Assembly (NCBI GenBank): GCA_965228875.1
Contig: OZ245843.1
Coordinates: 3,764,616 to 3,828,615 of the forward strand
Direction of reading: 5' to 3'
Origin: Thalassobaculaceae bacterium
Lineage (GTDB): Bacteria; Pseudomonadota; Alphaproteobacteria; Thalassobaculales; Thalassobaculaceae
Length of the DNA: 64,000 nt
This document shows, in pieces, positions 32,757-42,911 of this stretch (the stretch's first letter is position 1; every line of letters begins with the position of its first letter). The notes beneath the pieces were generated by a model. It did no database searches, was not told the DNA's origin, and was given only the letters and a program-made list of their open reading frames with translations. A program made the translations under genes and the position numbers.

Positions 32757-33542
32757 GTGCACTTCGCCAAGACGCCGGACAACAGACCCTGGCCGCTGGT
32801 CGAGCGTAGTCTGTTCGAGGCCGAAACGATCTCTGTGTTGTCAGGCTGCTTCGACGCCGCATTCGCCGGCGGTCTCGAGAAAGAGGGCGGGCACAACTCG
32901 GTCAGCTTCGGCCATGTGGTGCGGACGGGAAACCGGGCGGTCACCGACCGTGCCATATCGAGCGTCCTCGCGGATGGTGGCGGGCCCAGGCTTCGGTGGC
33001 TGCTCGGCGACCGGTTGGCGTTTCTGGTCGACAACTGCTCCCTGAGGTATCAGGAGCAGGCCAACGCGGAGAGCCGGCTCGGCTTTCATTTCGATGCCGA
33101 TTTCATCGGAATGGCCCAGTTCAGTGTCAATCTCTGGGTTCCGCTCGACCCCGTCGGAGAGAGCGCGCCGGGCCTGACCTTCCTCAACCCGCAGGTCGAC
33201 GGAACCCCGCTGCTGAACGACTGGCGGAACATGGTGAAGTCATCGGCCGACCCGCGCCGGCCGCTGATCCGCGGTCGGTTCACCGCCGATTATGTCACCC
33301 GGATCGCGCACGCGCAGGGCCGGCAGCCGTTCCTCACGCCCGTCCTCCAGCCGGGAGACCCGCTGATGTTCAACCAATTCGTCCTGCATGCGACGCAGGT
33401 GATGGAAGGCGCCCACGCCCTGCGAAGATCGCTGGAGTTCCGGGTGGCGGCCGCCGGCGCCATTCCAAGCTTCTACGCGGCGCGTGGATCGCCGGTGCAA
33501 CACTGGTCGTGGGAGAATGGCCACTGGACGGCCGACGACTGA
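32757..33542 (+). CDS. Putative Fe(II)/2OG-dependent dioxygenase (PhyH-like), paralog 2
   Basis: Same length (261 aa) and motifs as paralog 1; GTG start. Confidence 0.7.
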   Translation: MHFAKTPDNRPWPLVERSLFEAETISVLSGCFDAAFAGGLEKEGGHNSVSFGHVVRTGNRAVTDRAISSVLADGGGPRLRWLLGDRLAFLVDNCSLRYQEQANAESRLGFHFDADFIGMAQFSVNLWVPLDPVGESAPGLTFLNPQVDGTPLLNDWRNMVKSSADPRRPLIRGRFTADYVTRIAHAQGRQPFLTPVLQPGDPLMFNQFVLHATQVMEGAHALRRSLEFRVAAAGAIPSFYAARGSPVQHWSWENGHWTADD

Positions 33543-33610
33543 CCAGCGGACCGCTTCCCCTGATCGATTTGTCGCCTGCGGTTGCCGTCAGCCTGAACCG
33601 CGCCAAAGAA

Positions 33611-33684
33611 ATCCGTGCCGGAGAGATCCGTGCCGGAGAGATCCGTGCCGGAGAGATCCGCGCCGGAGAGATCCGCGCCGGAGA
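33611..33684. repeat. Tandem repeat, 5 x 15 bp
   Basis: ATCCG(T/C)GCCGGAGAG x5 upstream of hisB. Confidence 0.95.
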
Positions 33685-33753
33685 CTGGCACCGTCGCGGG
33701 CTTCCTGCTAAACACCGCCGTTCGCTGGGGAGACAGGCCCAAGGAGAGGGTGC

Positions 33754-34353
33754 ATGGCCCGCACGGCGCGCGTCGAGCGCAATACCAACGAGACCCGAGT
33801 CACCGCTGCCGTCGATCTCGACGGGTCCGGTACCTACGAGGTGGCCACCGGGATCGGCTTTCTCGACCACATGCTCGAGCAGCTCTCGCGCCATTCCCTG
33901 ATCGACCTGACGGTGAACGCCGAGGGCGACCTGCATATCGACGACCACCACACCGCCGAGGACAGCGGCTACGCCATTGGTTCGGCCGTGGCCCAGGCGC
34001 TGGGCGAGCGGCGCGGCATCACCCGCTACGGCGCCTGCCTGCTGCCGATGGACGAGGCGCTGACCCGGGTGGCGATCGATCTCTCCGGCCGGCCCTATCT
34101 GTCCTGGGGCGTGGACTTTCCGACCCAGAAGATCGGGACGTTCGACACCGAACTGTTCAAGGAATGGTTCCGGGCCTTCGCCCAGGCCTCCGGCGCCACG
34201 CTGCATGTCGACAGCCTGAAGGGCGAGAACAGCCACCACATCGCCGAGACCTGCTTCAAGGGTCTCGCCCGTGCCCTCAGGGCGGCGGTCGAGATCGACC
34301 CGCGCAAGGCCGACGCCGTGCCGTCGACCAAGGGCGCGCTGCGGAGCGACTGA
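33754..34353 (+). CDS. hisB: Imidazoleglycerol-phosphate dehydratase
   Basis: [21 protein letters not shown]. Confidence 0.97.
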   Translation: MARTARVERNTNETRVTAAVDLDGSGTYEVATGIGFLDHMLEQLSRHSLIDLTVNAEGDLHIDDHHTAEDSGYAIGSAVAQALGERRGITRYGACLLPMDEALTRVAIDLSGRPYLSWGVDFPTQKIGTFDTELFKEWFRAFAQASGATLHVDSLKGENSHHIAETCFKGLARALRAAVEIDPRKADAVPSTKGALRSD

Positions 34354-34360
34354 GGCGGAT

Positions 34361-35020
34361 ATGCAGACCATCGCGATCATCGACTACGGATCGGGGAACC
34401 TGCGTTCGGCGGCCAAGGCCTTCGAGCGGGCGGCCCGGGAGGCGGGGGCCGATGCGGAAATCCGCGTCACCGCCGACCACGACACCATCGCACGCGCCGA
34501 CCGGCTGGTGCTGCCGGGTGTCGGCGCCTTCGCCGACTGCCGGGCGGGGGTCGACCGGGTCGACGGGCTGCGCGAGACCCTGGAACAGCGGGCGATCCGG
34601 GACGCGGTGCCGTTTCTCGGCATCTGCGTCGGCATGCAGCTCATGGCCAAGGCCGGCTACGAGCACGTGACGACCGAGGGGTTCGGCTGGATCGCGGGTG
34701 AGGTCCACCGGATCGAACCGGAGGACGAGGCCGACGGCCGCCCGCGCAAGATTCCGCACATGGGCTGGAACGCCCTGACGGTCGGCGATCGCGACCATCC
34801 GGTGCTGGCCGGCCTGTCGGACGGCGATCACGCCTACTTCGTCCACTCCTACGCCATGCGGATGGACCGCCCGGCCGAGCGGCTGGCCACCGTCGACTAC
34901 GGCGGCGAGATCTGCGCCGTCGTCGGCCGCGACACGATGATCGGCACCCAGTTCCACCCCGAGAAGAGCCAGGCGACCGGCCTGCGGCTCATCGCCAATT
35001 TCATCGGATGGAGACCATGA
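34361..35020 (+). CDS. hisH: Imidazole glycerol phosphate synthase, glutaminase subunit
   Basis: [23 protein letters not shown]. Confidence 0.97.
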   Translation: MQTIAIIDYGSGNLRSAAKAFERAAREAGADAEIRVTADHDTIARADRLVLPGVGAFADCRAGVDRVDGLRETLEQRAIRDAVPFLGICVGMQLMAKAGYEHVTTEGFGWIAGEVHRIEPEDEADGRPRKIPHMGWNALTVGDRDHPVLAGLSDGDHAYFVHSYAMRMDRPAERLATVDYGGEICAVVGRDTMIGTQFHPEKSQATGLRLIANFIGWRP

Positions 35021-35592
35021 GCGGTGATCAACCGCGGTTCGCGCCGCAGCCCGCGACCGCCGTCGAGCGGGTCACGGCGCTGTCGCCCGGCGACCTGAAC
35101 GACCTGTGCGACGCCGCCGAGGCGGCGATCATCGATGGCGGCGGTTTCGGCTGGCTGACCCCGCCGCCGCGCGAGACGCTGGAAGCGTACTGGCGCGGGA
35201 CCCTGCTGATTCCCGAGCGCGACCTGTTCGTCGGCCGGCTCGACGGGGTGATCGCCGGATCGTCGCAGCTGCATCGGCCGCCGCGCAACAACGAGGCCCA
35301 GAGCTTCGCCTGTCAGTTCACCACGTCCTTCGTGGCCCCCTGGGCCCGGGGCCACGGCCTCGCCCGCGACCTGACCCAGATCGCCGAGGACCATGCCCGG
35401 AAACTCGGCTTCGAGGTCCTGAATCTGGACGTGCGCGAGACCCAGCGGGCGGCGATCCGGTTGTATGAGGTGCTCGGCTTCCAGAAGTTCGGCGAGCATC
35501 CGTGTTACGCTCGGACCCGCGACGGCTACGTGCGCGGCCTCTACTACTTCAAGCACCTCACCGTCGGTGGGGGGGAGCGCGGCGCGTCGTGA
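35017..35592 (+). CDS. GNAT-family N-acetyltransferase
   Basis: [27 protein letters not shown]. Confidence 0.88.
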   Translation: MSGDQPRFAPQPATAVERVTALSPGDLNDLCDAAEAAIIDGGGFGWLTPPPRETLEAYWRGTLLIPERDLFVGRLDGVIAGSSQLHRPPRNNEAQSFACQFTTSFVAPWARGHGLARDLTQIAEDHARKLGFEVLNLDVRETQRAAIRLYEVLGFQKFGEHPCYARTRDGYVRGLYYFKHLTVGGGERGAS

Positions 35593-36323
35593 TTCTGTAT
35601 CCCGCGATCGACCTGAAGGGCGGCGCCTGCGTGCGCCTGCTGCGCGGCGAGATGGACGCCGCCACGGTCTACAACCCCGATCCGGCCGGCCAGGCCCGGG
35701 CGTTTCAGGACTCGGGCTGCGCCTGGATCCACGTCGTCGATCTCGACGGCGCCTTTGCCGGCGCCGCGGTGAACGGCGACGCCGTGCGGTCGATCCTGGA
35801 GACGGTCGACGTGCCGGTCCAGCTCGGCGGCGGGATCCGCGACCGGGCGATGATCGACGCCTGGCTGGAAGCAGGGATCAGCCGGGTCATCCTCGGCACC
35901 GTCGCGCTCCGCGACCCGGACCTGGTGATCGCCGCCTGCCGCGACCATCCGGGGCGCGTGGCCGTCGGCATCGATGCCCGCGACGGGCGGGTGGCGGTTC
36001 AGGGCTGGGCCGAGACCTCGGAAATCGCCGCCCGCGACCTGGCGCTGAAGTTCGAGGACGCCGGCGTCGCCGCTATCATCTTCACCGATATCGACCGGGA
36101 CGGCGCGCTCCAGGGACCGAACCTGGAGGCGACCGGGGCGCTGGCCCGCAGCCTGTCGACTCCGGTCATCGCCTCGGGCGGCGTATCGTCGCTCGACGAC
36201 CTGCGGGCGATCGCCGGGCTGGCGGGTGACGGGGTCGCCGGCGCCATCGTCGGGCGGGCGCTCTACGACGGACGGGTCGACGTTGCCGGCGCGGTCCGGG
36301 CGCTCGCAGGGGAGGTTGCCTGA
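35589..36323 (+). CDS. hisA: ProFAR isomerase
   Basis: [27 protein letters not shown]. Confidence 0.96.
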   Translation: MILYPAIDLKGGACVRLLRGEMDAATVYNPDPAGQARAFQDSGCAWIHVVDLDGAFAGAAVNGDAVRSILETVDVPVQLGGGIRDRAMIDAWLEAGISRVILGTVALRDPDLVIAACRDHPGRVAVGIDARDGRVAVQGWAETSEIAARDLALKFEDAGVAAIIFTDIDRDGALQGPNLEATGALARSLSTPVIASGGVSSLDDLRAIAGLAGDGVAGAIVGRALYDGRVDVAGAVRALAGEVA

Positions 36324-37087
36324 TGCTGAAGGTCAGGGTCATCCCCTGCCTCGACGTCAAGGACGGCCGCGTGGTCAAGGGCGTCAACTTCGTCGACCTT
36401 GTCGATGCCGGCGATCCGGTCGAGCAGGCCAGACTCTACGATGCCGAGGGAGCGGACGAGCTCTGCTTCCTCGACATCACCGCAAGTCATGAGGACCGGG
36501 ACACCATCTTCGACGTGGTCTCCCGCACCGCCGAGCAGTGCTTCATGCCGCTCACGGTTGGCGGCGGCGTGCGCACCGTGGAGGATATCCGCAAGCTCCT
36601 GCTGGCGGGCGCCGACAAGGTGTCGATCAACACCGCCGCGGTGACCAACCCGGAGTTCGTACGCGAGGCCGCCCTCAAGTTCGGCAGCCAGTGCATCACC
36701 GTCGCCGTCGATGCCAAGGCCGTCGGCCCCGAGTCGTTCGAGGTGTTCACCCATGGCGGCCGCAAACCCACGGGGCTCGACGCCGTCGCGTGGGCGCAGC
36801 GGATGGCGGCGTACGGCGCCGGCGAGATCCTGCTGACCTCGATGGACCGCGACGGCACCAAGCAGGGGTTCGACATCCCGCTGACCCGGGCGATCTCGGA
36901 CGCCGTGCCGGTGCCGGTGATCGCCTCGGGCGGGGTCGGCACGCTGGACCACATGGTCGAGGGCGTGCGGGACGGCCACGCCAGCGCGGTGCTGGCGGCG
37001 TCCATTTTCCATTTCGGCACCTACCGGATCGGCGAGGCCAAGGCCGCCATGGCGGCCGCCGGACTGCCCATGCGCCTGGAGGGCTGA
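36323..37087 (+). CDS. hisF: Imidazole glycerol phosphate synthase, cyclase subunit
   Basis: [23 protein letters not shown]. Confidence 0.97.
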   Translation: MLKVRVIPCLDVKDGRVVKGVNFVDLVDAGDPVEQARLYDAEGADELCFLDITASHEDRDTIFDVVSRTAEQCFMPLTVGGGVRTVEDIRKLLLAGADKVSINTAAVTNPEFVREAALKFGSQCITVAVDAKAVGPESFEVFTHGGRKPTGLDAVAWAQRMAAYGAGEILLTSMDRDGTKQGFDIPLTRAISDAVPVPVIASGGVGTLDHMVEGVRDGHASAVLAASIFHFGTYRIGEAKAAMAAAGLPMRLEG

Positions 37088-37091
37088 GGCC

Positions 37092-37478
37092 GTGAGAGAC
37101 CATGTCCTCGACCGCCTCGCGGCCACCATCGCGGCCCGGCGCGACGGCGACCCGGAACAGAGCTACACCGCCCGTCTGCTGGCCAAGGGGCCGGTCAAGT
37201 CCGCCCAGAAGGTCGGCGAGGAGGCGGTCGAGGTGGCGATCGAGGCGGCCCGCGGCGACAACGAGGCGCTTGTCTCAGAGAGCGCCGATCTGTTGTATCA
37301 CCTTCTGGTGCTGTGGACGGCCGCTGGGGTGACGCCGCAGGCGGTCTGGGACCGGCTGGCGGCGCGCGAGGGCACCTCCGGACTGGCGGAGAAGGCGGCG
37401 CGTGATCCTGCCGGTGTTTCTACCGGAGTTTCAGCCGATGTTTCAGGGGGCGCCGGGCGCAAGGGAGACGCGGAATGA
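37092..37478 (+). CDS. hisE: Phosphoribosyl-ATP diphosphatase
   Basis: SYTARL, KVGEEAVE, ESADLLYHL. Confidence 0.94.
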   Translation: MRDHVLDRLAATIAARRDGDPEQSYTARLLAKGPVKSAQKVGEEAVEVAIEAARGDNEALVSESADLLYHLLVLWTAAGVTPQAVWDRLAAREGTSGLAEKAARDPAGVSTGVSADVSGGAGRKGDAE

Positions 37479-37840
37479 GCTACGATCCGAACAACATCTT
37501 CGCCAGGATCCTGCGCGGCGAGATTCCGAACAACACGGTCTACGAGGACGAGCACGTGCTCGCCTTCCACGACATCAACCCGCAGACGCCGACCCATGTC
37601 CTGGTGATCCCCAAGGGCGCCTACGTCTCCTTCGCCGACTTCTCCGAGACGGCAAGCGCGGAGGAGATCGCCGCCTTCGTCCGTGCCGCCGGCAAGATCG
37701 CCCGCGACCTGGGGATCGAGGCGGACGGCTACCGGGTGCTGTCGAACTGCGGCGCCAACGCCCATCAGGAAGTTCCGCATTTCCACCTGCATATCTTCGG
37801 TGGCCAGAACCTCGGCCGGATGATCAAGCCGGTGTCGTGA
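37475..37840 (+). CDS. Histidine triad (HIT) nucleotide-binding protein
   Basis: NIFARILRGEIP, HFHLH. Confidence 0.93.
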   Translation: MSYDPNNIFARILRGEIPNNTVYEDEHVLAFHDINPQTPTHVLVIPKGAYVSFADFSETASAEEIAAFVRAAGKIARDLGIEADGYRVLSNCGANAHQEVPHFHLHIFGGQNLGRMIKPVS

Positions 37841-38064
37841 ACGCGCCGGCGACAGGTGTCGTTTGAATTTCGTTCCGCAATTCGTGAGTGGTAATCACGT
37901 TAAATTCGTAAACAACTGCGGATTTTGACAAGCCGGACGAAAACCCCCATATTGCTCAAGGCGTTGGGGCGCGTCAGGTCGAGGGGGGCGGCAGAACCTT
38001 CCCGTAAATTCCGTCTTTCTGCGCGAGACACTGGGCGGAGTCTCGCGGCCTTTGCGGGGTTCGC

Positions 38065-39330
38065 ATGCAGCGAGCACAAGATCTCGATTGGGACCTGGCT
38101 GAATCGGTCCGGAAGCACGCTCTGTTCCTGAAGCAGTACGCGGGCGGAGTGCAGGCCGATTTCCGGATGAAGACCCTGCGCGGCGCGATGCTCGCCGGCA
38201 CGGATCTGCGCCAGGGCCTGTTCCACGGCACCGACCTGCGTGGCGCAAGCTTCGCCGGCTCCAACCTCCAGGGCACCCAGTTCTCCACCGCCAGGCTGGA
38301 GCAGTGCGATTTCGCCGGAGCCAAGCTCATCAGCGCGAACATGCGCGGCGCGAACCTGAAGGGCGCCAAGCTGATGGCGGCCGACCTGACGGACGCCGAC
38401 CTGCGTCCCGCCAAGATCCAGGACCTGAACCGCAACATCGAGCAGAACGCCGATCTGACCAAGGCCGACATTTCCGATGCCAAGGTCGTGCGCACCAACC
38501 TCTCCGGGGCGAACATGGCCGGCGTGGTCGCCGTCAACACCGCCTTCCAGAGCGCGGTGATGCGCAACGTCAACCTGAACAAGGCAGACCTGTCGAAGAG
38601 CTCGTTCAAGGGGTCGGACCTGCGCGGCTCGAACCTGCGGGGGGTCAATTTCGCCGACTCCACCCTGACCGATACCGATCTCACCGGCTCCGACCTGCGG
38701 TCGTGCAACCTGGACGGTGCCGACATGGCGGGCGCCGACCTCACCGACTGCAAGATCGCCACCGGGCTGGAGACTATGGCACCGGACGTGCAGCAGAAGG
38801 TGGTGCAGCACTTCCTGTGGATCAGCTCCGGCGGCAAGAAGGGCGAGCGGGCCTCGTTCAAGGGCCAGGATCTGTCGGGCATGGACTTTTCCGGCGCCGA
38901 TCTGTCGGCCGCCGATTTCGAGGGCGCCAACCTGTCCGGCGCGAACGTGAAGCAGTGTTCGTTCCGCTTCGCCGTGCTGACAGGCGCGAACCTGGAACGG
39001 GCGGAGCTGACCGGTGCCGACCTGCGGGGAGCCTCGCTCAAGGGCGCCACCCTGGACGGGTCGACGCTGACCCGGGCCAAACTGGCGCCGATGCAGATCC
39101 TCAAGCCGTCGACGCTTGAGGTCATCCGCGAGTGGCCAGCCGACCTTTCGGGCGCGACACTGGCCGGTGCCGTCGCCCAGCGCGCCGATTTCAGCGGCAC
39201 CATCCTGGACGGGACCCAGTTCCACCATGCCGACCTGACCGGCGCGAACCTCGCCGGGGCGACGGTCGACAAGGCGGACTTCGACAACGCGGTCGGGGTG
39301 ACGCCGGAGATGATGGGCGCCACCGGTTAG
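38065..39330 (+). CDS. Pentapeptide repeat protein
   Basis: Extensive A(D/N)LxG repeats. Confidence 0.93.
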   Translation: MQRAQDLDWDLAESVRKHALFLKQYAGGVQADFRMKTLRGAMLAGTDLRQGLFHGTDLRGASFAGSNLQGTQFSTARLEQCDFAGAKLISANMRGANLKGAKLMAADLTDADLRPAKIQDLNRNIEQNADLTKADISDAKVVRTNLSGANMAGVVAVNTAFQSAVMRNVNLNKADLSKSSFKGSDLRGSNLRGVNFADSTLTDTDLTGSDLRSCNLDGADMAGADLTDCKIATGLETMAPDVQQKVVQHFLWISSGGKKGERASFKGQDLSGMDFSGADLSAADFEGANLSGANVKQCSFRFAVLTGANLERAELTGADLRGASLKGATLDGSTLTRAKLAPMQILKPSTLEVIREWPADLSGATLAGAVAQRADFSGTILDGTQFHHADLTGANLAGATVDKADFDNAVGVTPEMMGATG

Positions 39331-39451
39331 GGCGCGATCGGGTCAGACCGACGCGATCTGACCCGTGAATCGCCCTCAAAGCCGTTAAAGATAGAGCAGG
39401 TTCACACGATCGGATGTCCCCGTTCGATCGTGGTCTGATCTGGACCGCCCC

Positions 39452-39507
39452 GCCAGACCCCGCCCTGCCAGACCCCGCCCTGCCAGACTCCGCCCCACCA
39501 GATCCGC
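39452..39507. repeat. Tandem repeat, about 3.5-4 x 15 bp
   Basis: GCCAGACCCCGCCCT unit, degenerating, upstream of comM. Confidence 0.85.
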
Positions 39508-39586
39508 TTCGTTCAAAACCGTCGCCCCGCCTTCCATAGGCCTCGTGGCACATAACCGGGTGTGCCGTCGCGAGGGAGGAGCGGGG

Positions 39587-40509
39587 ATGGCGGCGCGGGT
39601 GACGACGGTGGCCTTTCGCGGAATCGAGACGGTGGAGGTCGACGTGCAGGTGCATGTCGGCGGTGGCGGCTGGCCGGGGGTCGCGCTTGTCGGTCTTGCC
39701 GACAAGGCGGTGACGGAATCCCGCGAACGGGTGGTCGCCGCCCTGCACGCCCTGGGCCTGGCCCTGCCCCACAAGCGGATCACCGTGAACCTGGCGCCGG
39801 CCGACCTGCCGAAGGAGGGCGGGCATTTCGACCTGCCGGTGGCGCTCGGCATTCTGGTGGCGATGGGGGCGCTGTCGGTCGAGGACGTGGCCGACCGCAT
39901 CGTGCTCGGCGAGCTGGCGCTGGACGGCCGGATCTCGCCGGTGGCCGGCGTGCTGCCGGCGGCGGTGGCGGCGTCGGGCAGCGGTCGGCGCGGCGTGATC
40001 TGTCCGGCGGCTTGCGGATCGGAGGCGCGCTGGGCCGACGGCATCGAGGTGGTCGCCGCCCCGGACCTGCTCTCCCTGCTGAACCACCTGCGTGGCGTCC
40101 AGGTCCTGCCGCCGGCCGCCGAGGGCGTGGTCGAGGCCGAGCCGCGCTACCCCGACCTGCGCGACGTGAAGGGGCAGGAGACGGCGAAACGGGCGCTGGA
40201 AGTGGTGGCGGCGGGAAGCCACAACCTGCTCATGGTCGGCCCGCCGGGGGCCGGCAAGTCGATGATGGCCGCGCGCCTTCCCGGCCTGCTGCCGCCGCTC
40301 ACTCCGGCGGAAGCGCTTGAGGTCTCCATGATCCGCTCGGTCGCCGGGGTCCTGAAGGAGGGGCGGATCGAGCGCGGGCGGCCGTTCCGCGATCCGCATC
40401 ATTCCAGCTCCGCCCCGGCGCTGATCGGCGGCGGCATCCGCGCCAGGCCGGGGGAGGTGTCCCTGGCGCACCGTGGCGTGCTGTTTCTGGACGAACTCGC
40501 CGAGTTCCC
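39587..40509 (+). pseudogene. comM: comM (YifB Mg-chelatase-like ATPase), 5' part, interrupted by transposon
   Basis: [42 protein letters not shown]; the frame stops inside the IS left end. Confidence 0.93.
40502..40509. repeat. Target-site duplication, left copy (GAGTTCCC)
   Basis: Identical 8-mer at 44104-44111. Confidence 0.95.
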
Positions 40510-40609
40510 CGGTATTAGGTAGCAAATGCACCTAGCTCGGAGACTGGTTCTCACCCTCATTGCTGGGATGCTGTTCGCTGCGCTAGCGGGTGGGGAGGCG
40601 AGGGCGTCG

Positions 40610-41482
40610 TCAGCATTCGTCGTTGTGCCTGTTGGGGAACTCAAACGGGACATCGGTAACAGCGTTCTTGGCTGCTTCGACATGCCCCCCCTTCAGGTTG
40701 AAGGACCAGCAAGCGCGAGTTCGATGTTTGTCTCCGAAGACATCTTCGTAGGTCATGACGCAAAACACGTAGACCCGTTCTTGGATCAGCGCCATGCGGT
40801 GAGCGTCCCCCACGCCGTCAAAGTCCGCGAAGATAGCTTGGGTGGAAAAGCTAGCTCCAGAGGAGATCGTGTTCTTTGCTTCACGAAAATCCGGTTCTGG
40901 CAGTTTCTCTCCGTCGGGCAGCGGATAAGGGAAGGCTTCGGACACCGCCGAAAATCGGCAGTTTTTGGCAGGCGTTTGACCCTTATTGGACTGAACGACG
41001 TAGAGCAGCAGGCGTTGGTTTGGCATATCGAAGAGCACACCGCCTGGAGCCAAGGAAATGTAGGCTCGAAGTTCAGTCTTAGCGTTGTTGCTGGTGATTC
41101 GGTTGGCTTCGACGGCGGCATTCGTCGCCCTAACGGTGAGGAAAATCACGACCGCCAACGCCGCGATTTCCAGTATCGTCAGGCGGACTTGATACTTAGT
41201 CCACTGAGCCTGGGTTTTGGCCGCTTCGGCCATTTGCCGTTGCTCGCAGAGATCGGCCTCATCAGTGTTCTTGGGGTTCTCGCATTCTGGCCGATAGCCG
41301 CTGCTCTCACTCCGGGGCGCGTCGCCCGTAACCGGGTTGAGCGCCAAAAGCGTATAGCCTTGGTTTGCTTCGGGCTGATGATGTTCGTTGTTAGCTTGGC
41401 GGTTATCGGTCTCTTGGGCTAGGACACCCGTCGTTAGGCATCCCCCAAGTGCAATGATGAGCAACCAATAGCGACCAGACAT
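40610..41482 (-). CDS. Hypothetical membrane protein (signal peptide plus one TM), IS passenger
   Basis: N-terminal hydrophobic stretch, Cys pair, TM LTILEIAALAVVIFLTV, ELRAYIS then a beta-rich domain. Confidence 0.7.
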   Translation of the reverse strand: MSGRYWLLIIALGGCLTTGVLAQETDNRQANNEHHQPEANQGYTLLALNPVTGDAPRSESSGYRPECENPKNTDEADLCEQRQMAEAAKTQAQWTKYQVRLTILEIAALAVVIFLTVRATNAAVEANRITSNNAKTELRAYISLAPGGVLFDMPNQRLLLYVVQSNKGQTPAKNCRFSAVSEAFPYPLPDGEKLPEPDFREAKNTISSGASFSTQAIFADFDGVGDAHRMALIQERVYVFCVMTYEDVFGDKHRTRACWSFNLKGGHVEAAKNAVTDVPFEFPNRHNDEC

Positions 41483-41664
41483 TGCAGCATGAAAGCAGCG
41501 GTGAATTTTCCGCGCGATAGTTTATTGCGGATGTTCACCTCTTTTTCGGCAACGCCGATCTCGGCCAGTCGCTCAACCAGGCCTGCGTAAGTTACGCCAC
41601 GGCGCTTAAGTTCTGCCTTCAGGAGGTTGGCGGCTCGGGATTCCCAATCGGTTTTCTCGACCAT
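41434..41664 (-). CDS. Small XRE-like HTH protein (DUF6471-like)
   Basis: LLKAELKRRGVTYAGL..NIRNKLSRGKFTAAFMLQCL; divergent from the transposase. Confidence 0.8.
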   Translation of the reverse strand: MVEKTDWESRAANLLKAELKRRGVTYAGLVERLAEIGVAEKEVNIRNKLSRGKFTAAFMLQCLVAIGCSSLHLGDA

Positions 41665-41737
41665 CGTATCGCCTACAGTGAAAAAAGTACTGTAGACGTT
41701 ACATATGCCCTTGAACCCGATACGTCAACGTACCATA

Positions 41738-41757
41738 TCCGTTACATAGGTAACGGA
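41738..41757. promoter_or_regulatory. Palindromic operator candidate between HTH gene and transposase
   Basis: TCCGTTAC-ATAG-GTAACGGA; half-site CGTTACATA repeated at 41697. Confidence 0.6.
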
Positions 41758-41768
41758 GACAGTACGAA

Positions 41769-42722
41769 ATGGCCCAACACTTCCTTCTCAGCGCGAAAGC
41801 CCGGACCCTCTCGGTGGTCCAGGTGGCGCGTATGTCGGAAGACGAGGCGCGTGCACTGTTCCGTGCCATCCGTTGGGCCGACACTGACGGCGAGCCGGTT
41901 TGCCCGCGCTGCGGCTGCTTTGCGGTCAACGAGTACAAGTCCCGCCCGATCTTCAAGTGCAAGGGCTGCGGCCATCAGTTCTCGATCACCTCGGGCACGA
42001 TCTTTGCCAGCCGGAAACTGCCGGTGCGCGATATCCTGTTGGCGATCGCTCTGTTCGTGAACGGCGCCAAGGGCATGTCCGCTCTGCAAATGAGCCGGAA
42101 CTTGGACGTTCAGTACAAGTCGGCCTACGTGCTGCTGCACAAGATCCGCGAAGTGATGGCCGCTGAGACCGCCGACGCCACGCTGTCTGGCGAGGTCGAG
42201 GTTGATGGTGCCTACTTCGGTGGTCACGTCCGTCCGGAGAACCGCAAGGAAGACCGCAAGGACCGTCGTCTGAAAGAGAACCAGACCGGCAAGCGCCGTG
42301 TCGTCGTCGTCATGCGCGAGCGTGGCGGGCGGACCCTGCCGTTCGTGTTCCGCAGCGAAGACCAGTCAGTCGGCACCATCCGCGCCCGTGTCGCCAGCGG
42401 GACCACCGTCTACGCTGACGAGGCGTCGGGCTGGGATGAACTGCACGCCGCTTACGAGACCAAGCGCATCAACCACAGCATCGCCTTCGAAGACGACGGC
42501 GCCTGCACCAATCAGGCGGAAAGCTACTTCTCCCGCCTGCGCCGTGCCGAGTGGGGCCAGCACCACCACATCAGCGGGCGCCACCTGCACGCCTACGCCG
42601 CCGAAATGGCGTGGCGCGAGGATCATCGCCGCGTGCCGAACGGCACGCTGTTCACCGCCGTTGTGGACGCCGCGCTGAACGCCCCGGTTTCGCGGCAGTG
42701 GAAGGGGTATTGGCAGCGGTAA
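41769..42722 (+). CDS. IS1595-family DDE transposase
   Basis: Zn ribbon CPRC..CKGC, HTH, EVEVDGAYFGG, VYADE, TNQAESYFSRLRR. Confidence 0.95.
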   Translation: MAQHFLLSAKARTLSVVQVARMSEDEARALFRAIRWADTDGEPVCPRCGCFAVNEYKSRPIFKCKGCGHQFSITSGTIFASRKLPVRDILLAIALFVNGAKGMSALQMSRNLDVQYKSAYVLLHKIREVMAAETADATLSGEVEVDGAYFGGHVRPENRKEDRKDRRLKENQTGKRRVVVVMRERGGRTLPFVFRSEDQSVGTIRARVASGTTVYADEASGWDELHAAYETKRINHSIAFEDDGACTNQAESYFSRLRRAEWGQHHHISGRHLHAYAAEMAWREDHRRVPNGTLFTAVVDAALNAPVSRQWKGYWQR

Positions 42723-42804
42723 TCGCTCGACTCGCCAAAACCTGCCGATTCGCCACGCACATTAAAATGTTGACGCTTGCGATATGATCACTAATTTAAA
42801 GCCA

Positions 42805-42911
42805 TGACACCCCATCAGTCTCCGCCCGGTAGACGGGTTAAACGGATGGCTGATTATTAAGACCCCAGGGACGCCTATGGCGTCCCTGTATTCTTTGAAG
42901 GGGGGCACAAA
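42805..42911 (+). ncRNA. Candidate structured leader/ncRNA upstream of NYN gene
   Basis: Promoter-like TTGACG-N16-TAATTT (42770-42797); interrupted long hairpin 42814-42854; perfect 10-bp hairpin 42866-42888. Confidence 0.45.

Noticed and set aside
33611..33684. Possible CRISPR array, or pentapeptide-like mini-ORF (GADLS repeats on the minus strand)
   Set aside because: Units are contiguous with no spacers and there are no cas genes; the peptide resemblance follows from the 15-bp period.
37860..37915. Possible CtrA box upstream of the pentapeptide gene
   Set aside because: The spacing does not match TTAA-N7-TTAA.
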